This document shows, piece by piece, positions 54,680-64,000 of a stretch of DNA of 64,000 nucleotides. The stretch is from Kudoa neothunni (taxonomy: Eukaryota; Animalia; Cnidaria): NCBI GenBank assembly GCA_964304625.1, contig OZ199840.1, forward strand, positions 5,507,200-5,571,199, in the 5' to 3' direction. Position 1 is the first letter of the stretch, and every line of letters starts with the position of its first letter. Under the pieces are notes generated by a model that made no database searches, was not told the origin of the DNA, and was given only the letters and a program-made list of their open reading frames with translations. Position numbers and translations under genes: made by a program.

Positions 54680-55380
54680 GACAGACAAAGGATTATATAT
54701 ATAGTAGCGCGAGCTACCCAGCGTTGTTTGGGGAAGATTTCGCATAGATTCCTTTCTTAATAATATTCCAAAAATATATTGAAGTTTCCAATTAACCAAA
54801 AAATAAAGAACTCAAGTTAGGTTTAATTCCAAACGAAATAGAAGAATTTATGGAAAAAATGGAAATCCGAATACTTGTTAATGCTACGAAATAAATACCA
54901 ACGCTATCACAAACAAAACCATCGAAACAATTCCAAAGATCAATGAAATGAAATAGTTCACGTCTTAGAAAACACTTTGACGACAAATGCATGGAAAATC
55001 GCTAGGATTTAAAGTTTAATTCATAACAATGACAATCGAGTTATTGGAGCAAAATTAAGATTACCAAATAATAAAATAATCCGAAGATCCATGAAGCACA
55101 TTGCCGGATTCGAATTGCTACCTCCGGAATGTTGAGAATAATTAATAATATTCATTTGTTCATTTATTCTACCGCTGCATGAGCAATGGAGGTTTGAATC
55201 AATTGAATTGGAGGTTTTTCTCAGCGCATATAAATTCAATATAATAGGATAAAAACCCGTAACAATACCTCAATTCTAACACCATACACGATCCACAGAT
55301 ACAATCGAGGATTTATACCTGCCACAATTAAATCTATATAAGAATAATCCATCTTATATATATATATATATATATATATA
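54680..55380 (-). mobile_element. Helitron remnant (PIF1-helicase C-terminal fossil plus Helitron-like ends)
   Basis: Minus-strand IILLFGNLN...TRL and DSVGIY..FVALTSIR resemble Helitron helicase motifs IMLLRNL..NGTRL and VG.YL..YVALSRV. GC-rich end at 54705-54730. A 19-bp end motif at 54680-54698 is the reverse complement of 43950-43968. Confidence 0.4.
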
Positions 55381-55731
55381 CGAGAATCAACAATCTGATA
55401 TAATCAATTTATCTCTATATACCGAATATAATACTATATTAAAAATTCTTTCAACACAATAATATCAAAAATAAAGCCGCTGAGATTAAAAATAAGACTC
55501 TGTTGAACTATTTGTTGGAAAATCATTAGTTTTACGGTTGAATACATCTATTTTATATGTAGAAATATGATTGGAATTCATTATAAATGTTAATAGTTCG
55601 AAACGATACGATAAATCTTTTAGGGGGGTCACTCTCGGGTATCTTCGTACAAATCACTCTATATTGATAAAGTGTCATTATAGTATTATCGAGTCCGAAG
55701 GTCAGATTATAATAATCCAACGGCATTTATC

Positions 55732-56241
55732 ATGGATAGGGTGCTTGTTTTGTTTTTGTTGTCTATTTTTGCAGTTAGTATCCAACCACTTCTTGTACCT
55801 CTCAAAATTTATACCAATTCTTCGAAAGGAGTGCACGAGTCACGATTGTTGGGCGGTTTCTCAGGTGAACGTGCCCCAGATGATGAGTTTCGTAGCCTTT
55901 TTCAAAGGGTATTCAAATTCATCACCGAATTTAGAAAAGTTGTGAATCCATAATAAGTTTCACTTATGAATGTAGTTGTTATCCAACATTCAATCGTCTC
56001 ACGATGATCTCAAAAATACTTCCCTCGATGATATTGAATTGGTCCACGTAAAGACTCAAGTTGTTCATGGAATTAACTATCTAGTCAGGGTATGGTTTTT
56101 GCGGTTTGTGCTGATTTTTATCCGTTTCTATAGTACAATGTGAAAAGCACCGGTTATGTTTATGAGACTAAGCTCTACCAAAGTTTGTTTAACGAAATGG
56201 GAACCACAACAGCTAACGTTGTTGAGACCAAAAAAGTTTGA
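55732..56241 (+). CDS. Signal-peptide-bearing stefin-type cystatin, paralog 1 (exons 55732-55908, 55976-56089, 56134-56241; 132 aa)
   Basis: Signal peptide MDRVLVLFLLSIFAVSIQP, trunk LLGGFS, KTQVVHGINYLVR (QxVxG), KLYQSLF. Phase-0 GT-AG introns. No cysteines. Confidence 0.92.
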
Positions 56242-58255
56242 TTTGATTTCAAATCTATGAAAAAAATTTCGTCTACTTCTTATCTATACATTAATAGCAA
56301 TATTTTTACTATCTGAGATTTATTCTAATGCCTGCGTTTTATAATTTCTGTCATTTTTATCGCTTATTTTGCATAAAGCCTAAATTGCACCTTTATCTTT
56401 TTTTCTCTTTGAGAAAGTTTGGTTTAATATTTAACTCTGCTTCAAAATTAACTTATCAGTAGCGCATATACAATACATGGACTAGCTTCCTCTGTCAAAA
56501 CTAGCTCGTATGAGAACTGAATAATAAGATTATTTTGTTACATGTGTAAATGAGGATATTCAGCAGAAAGTATTTTCTTTTAGTTTACTAGAAATTACTT
56601 GAGATACCGTTTCCCCTCCATCTATGTTATATTCACATATTTTAGTACAGCAGGTAGGTAGGTAGGTAGGTAGGTATAATTTATAGAATTTTATTGGGGC
56701 GAGGGATAGGCGCGTAAACCTAGTCACTTAAACACATGACATGCACTCGAATGCATAATATTAAATTTATTTGATATCTTCTTTTGAATATAATATAGGT
56801 AACAAAATTTCTTAGAAAGCAAATATATTCTAATCAATTTTTAAAATTTTTACCTTCCTGAAACTCGGGGTCTTCAATATTAATTTAATCTGATGCTATA
56901 TTATTTTTTCTTTATATTACATAAAATGTTGAAATTTTAATTTATACCTCATATTTTTTAATGAATACAGCTAAATTATTTATTTTGGAGAATATCCTTT
57001 GAATAAATATTTGAGCTCCCACTTAAGAGTGATAATAGATGGACGGCAGTCCTGTTATAAAAATCCACATGCTTTTTATTGTAATTTATTAAAGTAAATA
57101 ATGATTAATTTGTTAAATATTAATATATGATTTCTTATAATGATATTTCAATTATTTTATATGCACGCATCACAATTATTTTAGGTTGCTTGCTTCGAAT
57201 TTGGTTATAAACGTGTTGATCCAGAAAACCAATATTTCCGATGGATAAGTTGCTTAGACGTGTTTAATCAACTCGTATTCTAATTTCTTATATAATTCTT
57301 CATTATTTTTTAAAATTCAATTATTTATGTTAATTTATGACATGTTAAATTAAAAATGATCCTAGCTTTCGTCCTTGACAAATTAATCTGTTATATTATA
57401 TTATTCTTTTATATTTATTATTCCATAATTCTCAATAATAAATTCCCCAAAGTATTGTGTATAAATCTGTAGAATTTGATAACTGTATAATAACCCTCTT
57501 TAATTATATACCTGAGCGTTATTTGTGTTAACAAAGATTTTTTATCCAATAAGAAAATATTATAGGTATTTTCAAAGATTATATAGGGTTTAAACCACAA
57601 TCACATCATTAAAACGTTTATTTCGCAGAATATTAGTTTGTAATCCTAGGTTAATCTTTAATATGATAAGTCTTTTTGTCCAAAGGGTGAGCTGAGTATT
57701 AACGACTTAAATATTTAGTAAACGTTAGTTAATCATTTTTATTTTATTGAATTAATAAAATCCAATACCCCTTTTAAAATATATCTATGATTATTACTAT
57801 TCACAAAATATAATTTAGATGGTTAAATAGATTAATTTGTGTCACCTATTAGATAAATGGAAAACAGATGATTTTTCTATAATAATTATAATGTTAATAT
57901 TTATTATATCTGTTAAATTAGTGATATTTATGAATTTTGTATATCAAGATAATGTAAAGGTTTCTCTCTCGGTCATATTAGTAAAGTTATTGAATGATGC
58001 AATTACCTTTTTTATATTCTCATAAAACCTAAATAACATTTTTATCGCCTATAAAAATCATGAACAATTATTTCTACCTATAATCTTTATAATGAGCAAA
58101 TAATCCAAATTTACAATTTACGAATCAATATGAATTAAAATAATTTAAATATTATCAGTTGGTTTAACTTTTTTCGGCTATTTACGAAAGAATCATCTTA
58201 GCGGGATTTAGAAGGATTATTTAGAATTCGATATCCGATAAAAAAGTGCCTGAAA

Positions 58256-58765
58256 ATGATTCCCCTGCATCAACTTTTTGTTTTCGCTATGCTTGCTTTA
58301 GCGTGTGGTCTGTCACGAGTACAAAATGACGACCCTGACCTTCCGCTCCTTGGTGGAATTTCTGGTAAGATAAAACCTGATAGTACGATCGTTAGTATTT
58401 TCAACTCAGTATGTAAAATAAATTCTATACCTTGAAAACTTACATTAATAAAACAGACATTTGATCAAATTCGATTATCTCATAGTGGATTGGAAGCCAC
58501 CAACTTTGATGATATCGAAATTATGTTCTACCAAACTCAGCTGGTCAACGGAATAAATCGATGGGTCACAGTATTTATTTTAAAATATGCATATTTTTCT
58601 CTCACATTCATGTAGTATAAATTGAAAAGTAGTGGTGATATTTATTTAACAAAAATCTATGAACGATTCGTTATATCACCAGGAGAACCACAATATGAAG
58701 TCATGAATACTACAAAAATAAATGCCGTTTTTCATTTGGAACAGTTGAATTTACCTCTTGACTAG
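58256..58765 (+). CDS. Signal-peptide-bearing stefin-type cystatin, paralog 2 (exons 58256-58408, 58457-58570, 58616-58765; 138 aa)
   Basis: Signal peptide MIPLHQLFVFAMLALACG, LLGGIS, YQTQLVNGINRWVT, KIYERFV. Same 114-nt middle exon as paralog 1. Absent from the ORF track. Confidence 0.9.
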
Positions 58766-59289
58766 AATAAATTCTAGCTCGTCTTAATTTACGGATTGTG
58801 AATTTTTTGAACGCAAACTCCTCTAACTAGCCTACGTTCCTATATCCATTGGATGTATGGAGATAAGTTTTTTAAATTTTGCACTTAAGAGACATCAATT
58901 CTTACCACTTAATCCCTCCTCGGTATTTTTATTTTATATATCTACACAGTAAATTCATTTAAATTGTTTGAAAAAGTCGTTCCGATTTTCAACCGCTATA
59001 TTTCGAGATATCCGCCAGTTAACTCATCTACTAATCCCATTCGATAAGGTTAGACTATATCAGCGCAAAATCGGTTCGCGCGATAGTAAACAAAGAAAAT
59101 AACTATTTTCATAATAAATAATAATTTACTTTTCAGATAAACTAAAAATGGGAGGTACTGGGATTAAAAATTGCCGTGTCAATGGCCAGTACCATTTAAA
59201 AATTTAATCAAATTAAACAACAGTTAATAAAATATTATAATTAGGCATCGCAGATTCTCGAATTTTTATAATAATTCTGAAGTAAATAA

Positions 59290-60900
59290 TTTCAAATGTA
59301 TAATGTTTTTACAGTTCACCGTTATAAAAAAGAATTGAAAGAATCCTGCAGCTTTCGATCGATAAGTTTGTTCGGTCGAGGGTAAAGATATGGTTTATCT
59401 TAGAAAAACTACATTCGTCTGATATGGACGATATAGGGATTGATAACAAATATTCCATTTTGAAATTGGTCTCATTTGTCACTAGCAACAAACAATTGAA
59501 TATCTCTCGGATTCACATCTCTAATGCAGCCCTTTAGAGAAAGTTATAAGTTCTCTTTTGTATCTAAAAAAACCAATCGATGGAAAAGCATCTCTCACTT
59601 TGTTTATTGCTCGAATTCTTGAGTTGATCAAGGAGTAATTCATGAAACTCAATGATTTTTTGGATAATTTTCTATCTTTGGCCAAAAGGGAGAGATATAA
59701 GATTACTGCTGTTTAATGTGGTTGCTAAAGATATATTGTAATTTAAAATTCATCCAATGACGTTACAGACAGATCAAACAAGATAGTAAAACTAGAAACA
59801 GAATTATTTTTAGATTCTAAAATAAATTGTCTTATTGCCGGAAAATATTCTTGGCAAGTTAGCATGCAATTATACAAACTGTACCATTTTATATCAAGCA
59901 CGCGTGGAATCGATTTTGTATATTCTAAGTTATTATTCTGAAGAAAGTGTAGGAATTGGGTTTTAGCCGATGTTTTCTTAACAATACGAGATGAAAACTT
60001 CTTTCAAAATCGTTTTATGTTAGAGAAAACCAAATCGACTGTTTCGACCACTGCAGAATGAACCAAATGTGAAAAGCAAGGAACTCGAACAATATGCTTA
60101 TAGATTAGAGCTATGCTCTTGTAATATTTTTTCATGTATGGGGCCGAATCGAATACAATAGCCATACAATTTTAACAGTTAATATCGTATTTTTGTAGTG
60201 ATTTCGAAACTTTGTTTGTAACTATAACTGTGTTGCATTCGCTTAAAACTTTCGAATCGAACATGATGATTCTTTTTGCGTTGTTCTCTATGTCAAAGTA
60301 GCACGGCAAAATGTTAAACAAAGGTTTATTTTTAAAGTCGAGTGACTCATCAATGATCAATGAAAAGCGTCGCTCCTTTAAAGTTTTTTTTACTGCATCC
60401 ATCTTACGTTCGAACAAAATAGGTAAGTATTTATCTATTAGAGAACAAGCTTCTGATAAAGTTCGAGATGACCAACAATATTTCGATAAAAATTGTCGCA
60501 AAGAACTTTTTTTGACAATTGACGATAGCGGAAGTCAATCAAACGCCACAACAGATACCAAATCTACTTCCAAATCGCTATTTTCTTTACTCCTAAAGAA
60601 TATGTTTGGAAGAGTGGGGGCTTTTTCAAACGTAGATCCGTAGATCAAAACGAGATATGTTTTTTTAAATTATTGTGTTCTTGACATCGATTTTGTTGAG
60701 GAAATAGTTTTATTTTGTAATATCTGCAAATTAAATTACCTTCTAACACCTTTAAACCTTCTCATTCAACAGCGTAACTTTGAATATCTCTTCTTTTCCT
60801 GCCCTTTAGACTCAGATAAAAAACAATATGGACACAACTCGCAGAAACCCTTCTGCGTATACTCTCCAAGGTCTTATAAAAGCTCTTTTAAGGTATTTGG
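59290..60900 (-). pseudogene. hAT transposase pseudogene (DSAPYM / CGGBP1-like clade)
   Basis: FSLIIDESLD, FDSAPYMKK, VPCFSHLVH, IPRVLDIKWY and LLSIPISSISDECSFSKINHIFTLDRTNLS, in correct order with frameshifts. Confidence 0.85.
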
Positions 60901-61499
60901 TTCGTTATATTTTATATTAAGATTGTGATTACTTTTCATTTTAAAATGATACTTTGCTTTTTTAATGGGAGATCAAAAACACACAACTATATTATATCAT
61001 TAAAAGAACACAGATAGGAGGGGGACAAATTCTTGCTTAATAGTTATTTTTATGTAATGACCACAAATCTAATTCAAATAAATATTGGAGATACGTAAAA
61101 CGTGCTAGAAAAGGACGTCTTACCAATTCACTGTTGTCAAATATTTTTTATTTCAAGAAAAGTGTGACCATAACCAAGTTGTTACGTTTTATGATATTAA
61201 ATGGGACTATTATTAACGATATAATTAAAATAATTATAACAAATATAAAAACGAGAATTGAATTTCCTAATATTATTCTTCACACAAATACATTTAAGAT
61301 TCTATATTTATAGTTAGGAAATAATTTTTAAAAATTTAAATATTAGGGATATGAAATTAAATTTTTAGATAAATTAATTGTTTATTTACGTGAAATGGAA
61401 TGATTATGAGAAAAAATAATAAGGAGGCAATTAAAAATATAAATCTTATTACAATTCTAGGGAAGATTGACGAAGTTCGTTCAAGATTTAATATTTAAG

Positions 61500-63626
61500 A
61501 TGTCAAGTAAAGATACTAATCAGCCATCAGCAAGTAAATTTTATTCAAGAAATTCGTTTGAACGTGATAATTAAGGCACAGACGTAGGAGAGGTGATACT
61601 TTTCTTGGAACTTATATCATTTATTACATTCGAAAGCTATTCACTCCGGAAAAAATAGAGGAAAAGTTTCATCTAGTAAAGAATTCTATAACCATCAGTG
61701 AGTTTTAATTTTTTTTCTCTGAGTCGTAACCCATAGACCTCTTAGAGAAAAACCCAGAGCTGTTTATCATGACAATAGAGCCTTTGAGTATGGAACAGCG
61801 AGCAATCGTAAGAACCAAATTCGAGCGACAATTACTCCATACACACAAGGTAATTATTGAATTTGTTAGTATGTATCGAATGACAGTGTTAATCGATGTT
61901 AATATTGTAGTCTATCTACGAAGCAATCGATGCCAGCTTTGAGATAAGTGAAGCCATTTTATGCAAGTGTCTTTTAATGAATGGAGTACAAATAATTTCC
62001 TATTGGGTTCATCATGCTTTGGTTGTATTTAAATTAAAATATCTGTCAATTTTATTGATTCTATTTATATATATATATATATGCATAGTTTGAACAGCAT
62101 TATTGGTGTAAGGGTGTTTCTTTTGTTGTTGTTTTTTCATATTTTAGATTCGAAACAACAACGCGAATATTTTAAACTTGAATATTTGGTATTTGATTAA
62201 TGCATGGATTCTCTGATAATTTTTGAAGGCAAAGTCGGGTAAGGCATTCATTGAAGATAGTAGCCAATCGCTGAGAATACTCAAACAATATCATGGTATG
62301 CGTTATTCCCAAAACTATCATACACGAAACAAATTAACCTAATCTATTGAATTAATTTCCTATTTAGATGTTTACGTAATAATTTATTATTGTTTAAATC
62401 GTCTTTATCGAATGTTAGAGCAAAATTTGTGAAACAGAAGAACCAGAAATTGGTCAAAATCAAGTATGTTGCTCTATCAGATATTTTTTGCTTATTACCG
62501 CAACAATTCGATTTATAGAGTTGCAATAACATCGAGAAGATCTTAGTTGAAGCTCTTTATGGTCATTCGAATGATGTATTTGTAGTTTGAGTTTATAGAA
62601 TGGTTTGATATGTTCGATTAGAAAATGAAAAGTGCGGACGCTATGTACATGAGAGGCAGATTATTAATCAGTGAAATTTTTGCTATAGTTCTAACTAGAG
62701 TACGGCTCAAAAATGGATTCCATAGTTACGCATCTGTGCCACAAAAGTTGCATCAGATTTTTTGACCACCTTCGCAAGGTAAGAGATTCAAGTTCGATAA
62801 TCTAGTTAGACTATGTATGACTATGTGGCGCAAAACAGTTTTTAAGTTTGGACTTTTTAATTCATCTCTAGGGTAACAGATCAACCAACGACCGAATAAA
62901 CGAGTTGAAGATAGCTGAAACTGTCACCTTATTAAAGTCTGTAAGTGAGTAAATAAGTGAGTTGTTGTGTATTCTTGTGCGCGTAGTTTAAACCAGGCGG
63001 CAAGGATGACAGTAAGATGTCGGAATTCTTTATTGATTTTTTTGTGAATACTAATCGTGATCACATCAAACTAGTTATTAAACAGTTCAAAGAAGTAATT
63101 CGTGTAATAGAATAAAAAGATTATAATCGATTTTCCATAGACTCACGGTATCTCGTTGAATAGCTATATCAAAGCAGTTATAAAGTCCCCTTTGAGAAAA
63201 GTTCTTTCAATTGCTTGTAAAATGACTTCAATTCTGAAAATTTGTGTTTTTGGAATGGTTTAAATTCTTACCTATAAAGGTAGAATGTCAGAAAGCAGGA
63301 CAAAGTATTTTGGCAAAGCGTTGTTTAAAGCTGTGCATCAAAATGATTACATTTCCATACTGAGGATTCTCACCTTAAACAAAGTAATAATATTTCTAGT
63401 TATAGTTGATCTTTAATTGATTGATATTTTATTTAATTAGGCCAACGTTGAAAGCATACTCAACATCTACAAAAATTTCTGTGGGTGCACATTCGAGAAA
63501 TCGCTGGCAGTGATGAACTGTACGGGACCTCGCGATGTGATATACGGGAAGTATTTCATGAGTATCGCTCTGGATCCCCTTGTGTTTGATGAATCAACAA
63601 CAACAACAACAACAACTAGGCTATAA
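61500..63626 (+). CDS. Highly divergent annexin-like protein with many small exons
   Basis: Spliced segments LSMEQRAIVRTKFER|SIYEAIDASFE, THGISLNSYIKAVIKSPLRKVLSIA, TKYFGKALFKAV and NVESILNIYKNFCGCTFEKSL..CTG..YGKYFMSIA mirror annexin repeat helices (RS..QR..I...Y, G.SL...IK.E.SG....LL, YFA..LYKAM). Stop 63624-63626. Exon model incomplete. Confidence 0.55.
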
Positions 63627-64000
63627 ATCTTAGCGACAATTAATTGTTCTCAAAATCTTATTAAAAAGATTTACTTTTAATACAGAGGTTTCTTGAGTGT
63701 GATTTATTTTCAAATAACCGCTAATTACCGCTCTTTTGATTATCATATCAAAATTGGAATTAATTTTAATTTGTTGAATAATTGAATAGAAATATATATA
63801 GTTTTATTAGAATAAGTTTCTTCAGTTAGAGGTAATATAGGATAGCTACGTGACCAAGATAAAGTAAGGGTTATATTTAACTGGAGATTAACCAACAGAT
63901 TTTATACAAATATATTCATAGGAAATTTAAAAAAAGCATTTTAGCCTACATTCTTTATTTATCATCGCACATGAAAATATTTATTTGGTTTTATCAGCTA

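Noticed and set aside
55571-55945. 124-aa ORF overlapping cystatin 1
   Set aside because: Shadow frame; the spliced cystatin frame explains the region.

Overview
AT-rich, intron-dense eukaryotic (animal) DNA. Most introns are short GT-AG introns of about 40-100 nt, and decayed transposons fill the intergenic space. The metazoan-type gene set, strong protein divergence and signal-peptide stefins suggest a reduced parasitic animal such as a myxozoan cnidarian (inference only). Confident spliced genes: glycogen synthase (20169-23243 +), TGS1 (27213-29373 -), an LRR protein (~34090-35754 +), eIF2B beta (~40696-42075 +), POMGnT1 (45946-48229 -), TRAPPC4 (50209-51092 -) and two tandem secreted stefin-type cystatins (55732-56241, 58256-58765 +). 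Three very divergent genes appear only after manual splicing, because the ORF track misses or fragments them. (i) A coiled-coil protein whose C-terminal half carries the ordered landmarks of a p53/p63/p73-type DNA-binding domain (~6324-9543 +); this is the top candidate for something undescribed. (ii) A divergent T-box factor with an apparent frameshift inside the T-box (14534-17395 +). (iii) A micro-exon-rich annexin-like gene with no visible GxGT Ca2+ loops (~61500-63626 +). Mobile DNA includes a near-complete dead piggyBac with an in-frame 126-codon poly-Asn expansion, Merlin and hAT fossils and MITEs, a tRNA-derived SINE, a putative 138-bp solo LTR, Helitron traces and a 233-bp near-perfect inverted-repeat element. 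All exon models and alignments were made by eye; no database searches were run.
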